Source of the DNA: Myxococcota bacterium
Lineage (GTDB): Bacteria; Myxococcota_A; UBA796; SXON01
DNA: 29,046 nt
NCBI GenBank assembly: GCA_040386535.1
Contig: JAZKFH010000073.1
Coordinates: 1-29,046 of the forward strand
Reading direction: 5' to 3'
Part shown: in pieces, positions 18,490 to 27,482 of the stretch
How positions within the stretch are numbered: position 1 is the first letter of the stretch
Layout of the letters: every line of letters starts with the position of its first letter
Program-made: the position numbers and the translations under genes
The notes under the pieces: generated by a model
The model's input: the letters and a program-made list of their open reading frames with translations, nothing else
Databases searched by the model: none
What the model was told of the DNA's origin: nothing

Positions 18490-19698
18490 ATGCGCCACGA
18501 CATCGTCCTTTGGGGAGCAACCGGATTCACGGGCCAGCTGGTCGCCGCCTACTTGGCACGGCACGAGGGCGTCGGCCGCGGGCTGACGTGGGCCCTGGCG
18601 GGGCGGGACGCCGCCAAGGTGGCGAAGGTGCGGGAGCAGCTCGCCGAGGTGGATCCGGCCGCGCGCACGCTGCCGATGATCCTGGCGAACGCGACCGACC
18701 CGGCGTCCATGCGCGCGCTGGCGGCGCAGGCGAAGGTGGTGTGCACGACGGTGGGCCCGTACGCGCGCTACGGCGCGGCGCTGGTCGACGCGTGTGTGGC
18801 CGAGGGGACACACTACGTCGACCTGACCGGCGAGCCGACGTTCGTACACCGGATGATCGCCCAACATCACGACGAGGCGCGGCGGCGCGGTGTGGCGATC
18901 GTGCACGGGTGCGGCTTCGACAGCATCCCGTCCGATCTGGGGTGCCTGCTGGTGCAGGAGCACGCGCGCCGGCGGTGGGGGAGCGTGCTGCCCGAGGTGA
19001 CCCTGTACGTGAACAAGATGCGCGGCGCCGCCTCGGGGGGCACGATCGCGTCGATGGCCGAGCTCATCGCCGAGGCGAGCGAGGACCCCGCGGCGGCGCG
19101 GGTGCTGCGGGATCCGTACTCGCTCGGCGGCAGCGGGCCGCCGGTGAACGACGGCGCGGGCCCCGCCTGGGACGCGGACGAGGGCGTGTGGACCGCCCCG
19201 TTCCTCATGGCGGCGACCAACGCGCGGCTGGTGCGGCGCTCCGCGGCGCTGCTCGGGTACGACCCCTTCCGGTACGCCGAGCGCCAGCGGTTCGCGGGCA
19301 ACCCGCTCGGGTGGGCGGGTGCCACCTCGGTCGCGGCCGCGCTGGGCGCCGGGGTGGTGGTGCTACGGGCGCCGCGCGTGCGCCAGGTGCTGCTCGACCG
19401 GGTGCTGCCCGCCCCCGGGACCGGGCCGAGCGCCGCGGCGCGGGCGGCCGGGTTCTTCGAGATGGAGAGCGTGGGGCGCGGCCCCGACGGCCGCTGGGTG
19501 CGCGTGACGGTGCGCGGCGACCAGGACCCCGGCTACGGCGCGACGAGCGGCATGTTGGCCGAGGCCGCGCTCTGCCTGCTGCGGAGCCCCCGTCCGGACG
19601 GCGTGGGCGTGGTCACCCCCGCCGTAGCCCTCGGCGAGCCGCTGGTGGCGCGGCTGGCGCGGGCGGGGGTGACGTTCGAGGTGCGGGAGAGCGCGTAG
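18490..19698 (+). CDS. Saccharopine dehydrogenase-like oxidoreductase (trans-acting enoyl reductase family)
   Basis: DIVLWGATGFTG, WALAGR, TTVGPYARYG, HYVDLTGE, CGFDSIPSDLG, DPGYGATS. An alternative in-frame ATG lies at 18472. Confidence 0.9.
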   Translation: MRHDIVLWGATGFTGQLVAAYLARHEGVGRGLTWALAGRDAAKVAKVREQLAEVDPAARTLPMILANATDPASMRALAAQAKVVCTTVGPYARYGAALVDACVAEGTHYVDLTGEPTFVHRMIAQHHDEARRRGVAIVHGCGFDSIPSDLGCLLVQEHARRRWGSVLPEVTLYVNKMRGAASGGTIASMAELIAEASEDPAAARVLRDPYSLGGSGPPVNDGAGPAWDADEGVWTAPFLMAATNARLVRRSAALLGYDPFRYAERQRFAGNPLGWAGATSVAAALGAGVVVLRAPRVRQVLLDRVLPAPGTGPSAAARAAGFFEMESVGRGPDGRWVRVTVRGDQDPGYGATSGMLAEAALCLLRSPRPDGVGVVTPAVALGEPLVARLARAGVTFEVRESA

Positions 19699-19720
19699 GG
19701 AGTCCGCGTCCCCCGGAGCC

Positions 19721-22700
19721 CTACGCGCGCCGCCGCCGCCGCGCGGCGAGCAGCAGACCGAGCGCCAGGGGGAGCGTTGCGCCGCCGCTGGTGCTGGAAG
19801 CGCAGCCACAGTCGCCGCCCGGGGCCTCGACGACGCCCGTGTCCTCGACGACCCCGGTGTCCGCGTCGACCGCGTCCTCGCCATCACAGTCCTGGTCCAC
19901 GCCGTCGTCGGGCAGGTCGTCCCCGCCGGGGAAACGTGTGGCGTCGGCGTCGTCGCAGTCCTCGGCCGTCGGCGCGGCGTAGCCGTCGGGGGCGTCGCAG
20001 GCCTCGATGGGGGCGGACGGATCGGTGAACCCGTCGCCGTCGGCGTCCGCGTACCAGGTCGTCGCGTCGGTGGCGTCCTGGTCGATCGTGCCGTCGCAGT
20101 CGTCGTCGGCGCCGTTGCAGACCTCGTCGGCGTCGGGGTGCACCGCGCCGCTGGCGTCGTCACACTCCTCGCACGCGGCGAACCCGTCGGCGTCCGCGTC
20201 CGCGTAGCCCGAGGCGCCGTCGCAGTTGTAGTCGGTGGGATCGGCGCAGTCGTCTTCGACCGCGCCCGGGTGGAACGCCGTGTCGGCGTCGTCACAGTCC
20301 CCCGAAGGCGCGCCCCCGAGGGCCTCGCCCGCGCCGTCACAGAGGGTGTCCACGCTCGCGACGACCGCGCCGCCATCGGCCCGATAGCCGTCGCCGTCCC
20401 CGTCCACCAGGCAGTACTCGGTGCTGTCACAGTCCTGGTCGACCTCGTCCCCTGCCAACTCGGTCGCGGCCGGGTTGATCGTGGCATCGGCGTCGTCACA
20501 GTCGTCCGTCCCGTCCGTCGCCACGGCCTCGCCCGCGGCGTTGCAGGCGATGTTCGTGCTCGCCACGGTGCTCGTGGCGTCCGGGCGGTAGCCGTCGTCG
20601 TCCGCGTCCACGTAGCAGGTCTCGGCGCCGTCGCAGTCCTGGTCGACCCCGTCACCGGCGGCCTCGGTCGCGCCGGGGAACACGGTGGCGTCGGCGTCGT
20701 TGCACTCCTCGCACGCGGCGACCCCGTCGGCGTCCGCGTCGGCGTACCCGACCGAGCCATCGCAGTCGTAGTCGTTTGGATCCGCGCAGTCGGCCTCGTC
20801 GGCGCCCGGGTGGTAGGCGGTCGAGGAGTCGTTGCAGTCACCGGTCAGATCGGTGGCGAGGGCCTCGGAGACGTCGGCGCAGTCAGTGTCCGGGGAGTCG
20901 ACGGTGGCGGCGTCATCGCCGCGGTAGCCGTCGTCGTCGGCGTCCGCGTAGCAGATCTCGGTGCCGTCGCAGTCGCTGTCGACCGCGTCTCCCACGCGCT
21001 CGAGGCCGTCGGGGCTCACGCTCGCGTCGGTGTCGTCGCAATCGGTGGTCGGGGCGGAGGCGAGCGCCTCGCCGGCGTCCACACAACTCACATCCGCGCT
21101 CGCGACCGTGGCGGTTTCGTCCGGGCGGTAGCCGTCCGCGTCGGCGTCGGCGTAGCACCACTCGGTGCCGTCACAGTCGCTGTCGACCTCGTCGCCCGCG
21201 CGCTCGGCCGCGAACGGGTGGGTCGACGCCTCCGTGTCGTCGCAGTCCGGCCCCGCGCTCGCGTAGGCCTCGCCGGCGTCGTCACAGGTGGTGTCGGACG
21301 ACCCGACCGTCGCGCCGTCCTCCGTGCGGTAGCCGTCCGCGTCCGCGTCGACGTAGCAGGTTTCGGCATCGTCACAGTTGCTGTCCAGCGCGTCGCCGGG
21401 GAGCTCGAGGGCGGCGGGGTTGACGGTGGCGTCCGCGTCGTCGCAGTCCCCCGTACCATCGAGGTTCGAGGCCTCGCCCGGCCCGTCACACGCGACGGTG
21501 GTGCCGACGAAGGGGCTCGTTCCGCCGGGACGGTAGCCGTCGTCGTCCCCGTCCCCGAAGCACCGGTCCACGCCGTCGCAGTCGCTGTCGACGCCGTCTC
21601 CCACGTCCTCCACGGCGCCCGGGTACACCGTGGCATCGGTGTCGTCACACTCTTCACACGCGGCGAACGCGTCGCCGTCGGTGTTGCGGAAAGCCACGCT
21701 CCCGTCGCAGTTGTAGTCGTTCGGATCGGCGCAGTCGGCCTCGACGGCGGCGGGGTTGTAGGCCACGGACGTGTCGTCGCAGTCCCCGAGGAGCGCGGTG
21801 GCGAGCGCCTCGCCGGCGTCGTCACAATCGCTGTCCGCGGAGGACACCGTCGCCGTGGCATCGGGCCGGTAGGCGTCGCCGTCCGCGTCGGCGTAGCAGC
21901 GCTCCGCCCCGTCACAATCCTCGTCGACGCCGGTGCCGGTCAGCTCCGTGGCGGCGGGGTAGGCGCTCGGGTCGGTGTCGTCACAGTCGAGGTCCGCCGT
22001 GGCGAGCGCCTCGCCCAATGCGGTGCAGGACACGTCGGCGGACGCGACGAGGAACGTCGTGCGCGCACCGTCGGCGTCGGCGTCGACGTAGCAGCTCTCG
22101 GCGCCGTCGCAGTCCTGGTCGACCGTGTCCCCGGCCAGCTCCACGGCCGCGGGGTGGATGGCGGGCGCGCCGTCGTCACAGTCGCCGATGGGCTCGATGG
22201 CGAGCGCCTCGCCGCCGTCGGTGCAGTCCGCGTCGGTCGACGCCACGGTCGAGGTGCCGTCGGGGCGGTAGCCGTCGTCGTCCGCGTCGGTGTAGCAGGC
22301 CTCGCCGCCGTCACAGTTGCTGTCGAGCCCGTCCCCCGGGGTGTCACTCACGCCCGGATTGCGGGTGGCGTCGGCGTCGTCGCAGTCCGTGGCGTCCGCG
22401 ACGTAGCCGGCGGGCTCCTGGCACGCGAGGTGGGTCACGTCCGGGTCCCCGAAGGTGTCCTCGTCCGCGTCCACGTACCAGGTGAGGGCGTCCACCGCGG
22501 CGTCCTCGTCGGTGGTGCCGTCGCAATCGTTGTCCTCGCTGTCACACACCTCGTCCGCGCCGGGGTGCACCGTCGCGTCGCCGTCGTCGCAGTCCGAGGT
22601 GTCGGCCACGTAGGCCGCGGGCGCGTCGCACGCGGTGACCGACACGTCGGCGTCGCCGTAGCTGTCCCCGTCCGTGTCCGCGTACCAGTCGGCGGCGTCG

Positions 22701-23545
22701 GCGGCGTCGGCCTCGTCGATGGTGCCGTCACAATCGTCGTCCTCGCCGTCACACGTCTCGGCGGCGCCGGGGTGCACCGAGGCGTCGGTGTCGTCACAAT
22801 CGTCCCCGTCGACGGAGCCGTCCCCATCCGTGTCGACCTCGGCCGCGCACGCCCCGTCCATCGCGTACGCGACTACGTTCGCGGCGTAGGTGGCCATCCC
22901 CGCGCTGGTGATGAACACGTCGAGCGGGATCCCCGAGTAGACGACTGCGCCCGCCCCGTAGGGGTAGCAGGAGGTGACCCACTCGCTCGACGTTCCCGTG
23001 GAGAGGATGCCCACGCTCCCCGCGGGCATGCTCGCCTGCGCGAGGTAGCCGTGGGTGGAAAACCCGAAGTCGTCGAGGGTGGTCGAGGTCACCACGCCCC
23101 CCGGCCCGTTGGTGACCAGGGTGGTCGACACGCGCACGTCGATGGCCCGGCTGGGGCTCCGCACGGCGGTGATCGCACCTCCGCCCGGCAGGATCGCCGC
23201 CGCCGTGGTGACGTACCGGTCGTGGATGACGAGGATCATCCCGTCGGTGTAGACGGCCGAGGCGATGGCCGCCGTGTTCGACGTGTACTCGGTCCCGTAG
23301 GCGCTGTTGCTCGGGTTCCACGCGAACAACACGTCGAGCGACGCGAGCGTGGCAGTGTTTGGATTCGCGACGTTCACCGCCGTTCCGCCGGCGGTGGTGA
23401 TCGGCGTCACCTGCGACGCGGCGCCCGCCCCCGCGTTGATGTCATAATAACCAACGTTGGCTGCCAACACGACGGACGGGCAGGTGACACCCACCACGGC
23501 GAGCAAGGTTCGACACGGAAAAACGCGATTCGCAAGGCGAGACAT
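19721..23545 (-). CDS. Large cell-surface protein with 16 Asp/Cys 'putative metal-binding motif' (MopE-related) repeats and a MYXO-CTERM-like tail
   Basis: Signal-like N-terminus and a ~210-aa globular domain. 16 copies of (D/E)C(D/N)D.......P....E...D..D.(D/N)CD. C-terminal GCASSTSGGATLPLALGLLLAARRRRRA. ATG at 23545 with GGAG RBS. Confidence 0.88.
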   Translation of the reverse strand: MSRLANRVFPCRTLLAVVGVTCPSVVLAANVGYYDINAGAGAASQVTPITTAGGTAVNVANPNTATLASLDVLFAWNPSNSAYGTEYTSNTAAIASAVYTDGMILVIHDRYVTTAAAILPGGGAITAVRSPSRAIDVRVSTTLVTNGPGGVVTSTTLDDFGFSTHGYLAQASMPAGSVGILSTGTSSEWVTSCYPYGAGAVVYSGIPLDVFITSAGMATYAANVVAYAMDGACAAEVDTDGDGSVDGDDCDDTDASVHPGAAETCDGEDDDCDGTIDEADAADAADWYADTDGDSYGDADVSVTACDAPAAYVADTSDCDDGDATVHPGADEVCDSEDNDCDGTTDEDAAVDALTWYVDADEDTFGDPDVTHLACQEPAGYVADATDCDDADATRNPGVSDTPGDGLDSNCDGGEACYTDADDDGYRPDGTSTVASTDADCTDGGEALAIEPIGDCDDGAPAIHPAAVELAGDTVDQDCDGAESCYVDADADGARTTFLVASADVSCTALGEALATADLDCDDTDPSAYPAATELTGTGVDEDCDGAERCYADADGDAYRPDATATVSSADSDCDDAGEALATALLGDCDDTSVAYNPAAVEADCADPNDYNCDGSVAFRNTDGDAFAACEECDDTDATVYPGAVEDVGDGVDSDCDGVDRCFGDGDDDGYRPGGTSPFVGTTVACDGPGEASNLDGTGDCDDADATVNPAALELPGDALDSNCDDAETCYVDADADGYRTEDGATVGSSDTTCDDAGEAYASAGPDCDDTEASTHPFAAERAGDEVDSDCDGTEWCYADADADGYRPDETATVASADVSCVDAGEALASAPTTDCDDTDASVSPDGLERVGDAVDSDCDGTEICYADADDDGYRGDDAATVDSPDTDCADVSEALATDLTGDCNDSSTAYHPGADEADCADPNDYDCDGSVGYADADADGVAACEECNDADATVFPGATEAAGDGVDQDCDGAETCYVDADDDGYRPDATSTVASTNIACNAAGEAVATDGTDDCDDADATINPAATELAGDEVDQDCDSTEYCLVDGDGDGYRADGGAVVASVDTLCDGAGEALGGAPSGDCDDADTAFHPGAVEDDCADPTDYNCDGASGYADADADGFAACEECDDASGAVHPDADEVCNGADDDCDGTIDQDATDATTWYADADGDGFTDPSAPIEACDAPDGYAAPTAEDCDDADATRFPGGDDLPDDGVDQDCDGEDAVDADTGVVEDTGVVEAPGGDCGCASSTSGGATLPLALGLLLAARRRRRA

Positions 23546-23747
23546 GGGTGCTCCAACGGCGGGCACCCCATAAGATCGCGGCCCGATGCGCAGGAAAGCA
23601 AGTGCGCACCGGTGGTGAACACTTTCGTGGCGCTCCCTGTTGTCAGGTGCGCCGGTTTGTGCGTCGGTGGGTGTGTACACCGCCACGGTCCACGGCCGCC
23701 GCCCGACGAGCGGCGGCCGTGGACGAGGTCGATCGGCGCGCTGGACC

Positions 23748-25457
23748 CTACCGATGCCCGCAGGTGGACTGGCCGGCCGCGGACTGGATGGCGTCCTTCT
23801 GGGCGGTGGTGATGAGCCCCTCGGCCTTGAGCTCATTCGTCGCGCCGGCGACACACTTCACGTACGCGCCGTGGTTCTTCCAGGGGCTGCTGCAGAGGCA
23901 CTGCTCGGCCACCGAGCAGCCGTTGTCGAGCGCGATCGCGCCCGCGGGGGTCGAGAGGCACACGTCGCCAGCGTCGAGCACGCCGTCGCCGTCGTCGTCC
24001 GCGTCACACACGTCGCCGACGCTGTCGTGGTCGCTGTCGAGTTGGGCGGCGTTGGCGGCGAGGGGACAGTTGTCGAGATCGTCGACCGTGCCGTCGCCGT
24101 CGTTGTCCGGCTCGCACGCGTCGCCCGTGGTGTCACCGTCCGCGTCGGACTGGTTCGAGTTGGCGACGGTCGCGCAGTTGTCATCCGACTCGCAGATCCC
24201 GTCGCCGTCGGCGTCGTTCGCCGTGTCGACCGGGCACGGGTCGACGTCGCCGCAGATGCCGTCGTAGTCGAAGTCGTTGTACGAGTCGGCCGGGCACACG
24301 TCCACGTCCGCGCACGCGCCGTCGCCGTCGATGTCATCCTCGCTGTCGAGGGGACAGACGTCGACGTCGCCGCAGTATCCGTCACGGTCCGCGTCGTTCG
24401 CGGCGTCGTCCGGGCACCCGTCACAGAAGTCGGCGGTGCCGTCGGAATCCGCGTCGTAGCTGTCGATGCCGCCGGGGCAGGCGTCGGAGTTTCCGCACAC
24501 GCCGTCCATGTCCGCGTCGTTGAACGCGTCGAGCGGGCACGCGTCCACGTTGCCGCAGATGCCGTCGCGGTCGACGTCATCATCCGACGCGTAGGGGCAG
24601 GGATCCATGTCGGCGCACGCACCGTCGCCGTCGATGTCGTCGTGCGCATCGAGCGCGCAGGCGTCGTCGCTGTCACACCTTCCGTCCCCGTCGGAGTCGC
24701 CGTAGAAGTCGGACGGACAGTCGTCGCAGCCGTCCGGCGTCTCGTCGCCGTCGAAGTCGTCGGCATCGTCGTGGCCCGGGCAGGCGTCCAGCTCATCCGG
24801 CACGCCGTCATCGTCTTCATCGATGTCGACGACGATGTCCGTGGCCTGGATGACGAGGCGCGGGCGGAGCGTGGCGTCCAGGTTGAGGAGCGCCGCGAAC
24901 GTGGCCTGCTGGTCGCTGTACACGCCATCCTCGATGGGGACGATGCGCAGGCCGTTGTTCGGCTGCGTGCCGGCGACCCACTCGGTCACCGCCGTGGTGA
25001 TCGGCCACGAGACCCAGTGCGCCCCCTGGGTCAGGGCGACGGCGTTCTGGTAGCCGGAGCCGGAGCGGTAGGTCGCATTCCCGACGGTCGTGGTCGACGT
25101 GAACGCGTTGTTCAGCGGGTAGGCGCCGGCGGAGAAGCCGCGCCAGGTGTGGCCGTAGGCGGGGTTTCCACCGATCGCCTCGAACTGGTACAGCTCGAGC
25201 TTCGCGGAGATGATCTCGTCCGCGTCGACGTCGAGCGAGGACAGATCGAACCGGATGAGCCCGGACGCGCCCCAACAGGGCTGGGCGGCGTGGACGACGT
25301 ACATTACGGTGCTCGCGACGCCGCCGTTGCCACACTCATGCCCCATCCAGCGGTCGTACGCATCGGGTTGAATGACGATCTCGCGGGCGTTCGCGATCGA
25401 GGGCGCGGCGAGGGAGAGCACGCCGAGGGCGAGCGGAAGGAGAGACGTGGAACGCAT
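23748..25457 (-). CDS. Secreted thrombospondin type 3 repeat protein with N-terminal DNRLRE/CBM96-like domain
   Basis: Signal peptide MRSTSLLPLALGVLSLAAPSIANA; GLIRFDLS...IISAKLELY...ITTAVTEWVAG.QPNNGL...RPRLVI; many D.D.DG.C.D.D.CP repeats; C-terminal WKNHGAYVKCV domain. An alternative ATG lies at 25469. Confidence 0.85.
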   Translation of the reverse strand: MRSTSLLPLALGVLSLAAPSIANAREIVIQPDAYDRWMGHECGNGGVASTVMYVVHAAQPCWGASGLIRFDLSSLDVDADEIISAKLELYQFEAIGGNPAYGHTWRGFSAGAYPLNNAFTSTTTVGNATYRSGSGYQNAVALTQGAHWVSWPITTAVTEWVAGTQPNNGLRIVPIEDGVYSDQQATFAALLNLDATLRPRLVIQATDIVVDIDEDDDGVPDELDACPGHDDADDFDGDETPDGCDDCPSDFYGDSDGDGRCDSDDACALDAHDDIDGDGACADMDPCPYASDDDVDRDGICGNVDACPLDAFNDADMDGVCGNSDACPGGIDSYDADSDGTADFCDGCPDDAANDADRDGYCGDVDVCPLDSEDDIDGDGACADVDVCPADSYNDFDYDGICGDVDPCPVDTANDADGDGICESDDNCATVANSNQSDADGDTTGDACEPDNDGDGTVDDLDNCPLAANAAQLDSDHDSVGDVCDADDDGDGVLDAGDVCLSTPAGAIALDNGCSVAEQCLCSSPWKNHGAYVKCVAGATNELKAEGLITTAQKDAIQSAAGQSTCGHR

Positions 25458-25603
25458 GGGGCACACCATTTCGCGTGGGAGGTTCGCTCGAGGGAACGCG
25501 CCGAACTCGATCGGTGAGGAAGAGGCCGGTCGTCAGCGCACGAGCTGAATGCCACGTTGCCATCGGGCATGCATCACTTGCAGTCCCTTGCAGGGCCTCG
25601 CGG

Positions 25604-26515
25604 TCAGCCGCGCCCGTTCGGGGGCGGTACCACGAGCTGCCCGTCGAGCACGCCGAGCGCGGCCACGCAGGCGGCCCGGAACCCCTCGTCGACCACGTCC
25701 GGCGCGCAGGCGGCGGCCTGGTCGCGGGCGGCGCCTGCACCCTCGGTGTCCCCTCCAGCGTGCCGCGCCCGTGCCAGCACCTCCCAGCCGAAGAACGCCT
25801 CACCGGGATCTCCCCCGTTCTCCCGGACGATCGCGAGCACCCGCTCCGCGTGTTCGGTCGCGGCTTGCGCCTCTCCCCGTGCCAGACGTGTCATGGCCAG
25901 CCGGTACTCGGCCCGCTCCACGTTCAGCCAGGTGCCCGCCTTCTCCCAGGAGATGCGCGCGACCTGTGCGGCCCTGAGCATCAGCGCGTCTTGTTCCGGG
26001 GAGCGTTGGGTGCGCTGCTCCAGGCTCACCGCAAGGTTGTTGCCGGTCACCGCGACGGACCGAACCAGGCCTTCCGTGACCTCGGCCAGGGCGACCGCCG
26101 CCTCGAAGTGCGCCGCCGCCTCCGGCGTACGGTCCTGTGCGGCGAGGGCGCTGGCCGCGAGCCCCAGCACGATCCCCTGGTTCACCGCCGGGTCGCCCGC
26201 TGTCTGCGCCAGCCGCGCGCGTGCCTGATCTTCCGTACCGCTACAGAGGGCGCAAGCGGCCAGCAGCCGGTGCAGCGGGGCCGCGGCCGCCGGGCTCTCC
26301 GCGACGGCCAGCAGGCTCCGGAGGGAGCTCTCCACCAGCACGAAGCGGCCGAGATGTTCCCCGCCGACGTGGAACAGGAGGTTCGCCAGGGCGGCGGCGC
26401 TCTCGGCCGGAGCGGTCTCCACGAGGCTCACCATGTCCAGGAGGACCTCTTCGGGGCGCTCGGCGTGGCGCGCCCAGCCCGCGTTCACCGACGCTTGAAC
26501 ATCCGACGCTTGCAT
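25604..26515 (-). CDS. Hypothetical all-alpha TPR-like protein
   Basis: Ala/Leu-rich helical repeats with GNNLA and WEKAGTWLNVERAEYRLA. Confidence 0.7.
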   Translation of the reverse strand: MQASDVQASVNAGWARHAERPEEVLLDMVSLVETAPAESAAALANLLFHVGGEHLGRFVLVESSLRSLLAVAESPAAAAPLHRLLAACALCSGTEDQARARLAQTAGDPAVNQGIVLGLAASALAAQDRTPEAAAHFEAAVALAEVTEGLVRSVAVTGNNLAVSLEQRTQRSPEQDALMLRAAQVARISWEKAGTWLNVERAEYRLAMTRLARGEAQAATEHAERVLAIVRENGGDPGEAFFGWEVLARARHAGGDTEGAGAARDQAAACAPDVVDEGFRAACVAALGVLDGQLVVPPPNGRG

Positions 26516-26592
26516 GGCCAGGTCGACCTCCGCAGCTTGGATAGCACGCCTCGCGCGGGAACGGCTGGCACGTGTCGTGCAGCGGGGCGGGC

Positions 26593-27471
26593 ATGCACCG
26601 CGCCCCCCTCGACTCCAAGACCAGCGACCGCTCGCCCCGCGTGCCGGATGACACAGCGGGCCGTGCCACTTTGCACACCACCGCGCGCGCCCCCGCGCTC
26701 CCGGTCGTGCTGGCCTGGATCGTTGCAGGGCTCGCCCTCGCCGCGTCCGCGACGGGGCTCCTCCTGCCCACGGTGTACCGGGACAACGCGCTCGTCATCG
26801 CCGCGTTCCACGGGAACGACGCGGTGACCCTCCTCGTCGCGGTGCCGGGATTGGTCGCCGCCCTCCTCGGCGCGCGCCGCCACCCGACGCTTGCGCGCTT
26901 CGGGCGACTCGGGATGCTGCTGTATACGCTGTACAACTACGTCTTCTACCTGTTCGGCGCGGCGTTCAACGAGCTCTTCCTCGTCTACGTGGCGCTGGTC
27001 GTGTGCTCCGGCTTCGGGCTCGGCTTGGGCCTCGCGGAGGGCCTCGCGGTGGCGCTTGCGCGCAAGTTCCGCGCGCGCACGCCGGTGCGGAGCGTGGCCG
27101 CCTACATGATCGGGTTCGCAACCCTGCTCGGTGGCATGTGGACGGCGCTCTCGCTGTCGTTCCTGTTCACGGGCGTCGTTCCCGTCGCCATCACCCAGAC
27201 CGGACACCCAACCGGAGTCGTCTTCGCGACGGACCTGACGTTGCTCGTGCCCGGGCTCCTGGCCGGCGGCGTGCTCCTGTACCGCCGTCGGCCGTGGGGG
27301 TACCTGGTCGCGCCCATCGTGCTGATCAAGGCAAGCACCTACGGCGTCGCGATGATCGCGATGTCCGCGTTCGCCGGTCTGGGCGCCGACTCGCTCCTGC
27401 CGGTGTGGGCGGGCCTGACGCTCGGCTGTGTCGTTTGCGCGGGGCTGCTCCTGGGCGGTTTGGAGCGTTAG
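26593..27471 (+). CDS. Hypothetical polytopic membrane protein
   Basis: About 7-8 hydrophobic segments (e.g. LLYTLYNYVFYLFGAAFNELFLVYVALV; DLTLLVPGLLAGGVLLYRRRPWGYLVAP). Start position uncertain. Confidence 0.8.
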   Translation: MHRAPLDSKTSDRSPRVPDDTAGRATLHTTARAPALPVVLAWIVAGLALAASATGLLLPTVYRDNALVIAAFHGNDAVTLLVAVPGLVAALLGARRHPTLARFGRLGMLLYTLYNYVFYLFGAAFNELFLVYVALVVCSGFGLGLGLAEGLAVALARKFRARTPVRSVAAYMIGFATLLGGMWTALSLSFLFTGVVPVAITQTGHPTGVVFATDLTLLVPGLLAGGVLLYRRRPWGYLVAPIVLIKASTYGVAMIAMSAFAGLGADSLLPVWAGLTLGCVVCAGLLLGGLER

Positions 27472-27482
27472 GGAGCGGGCCC

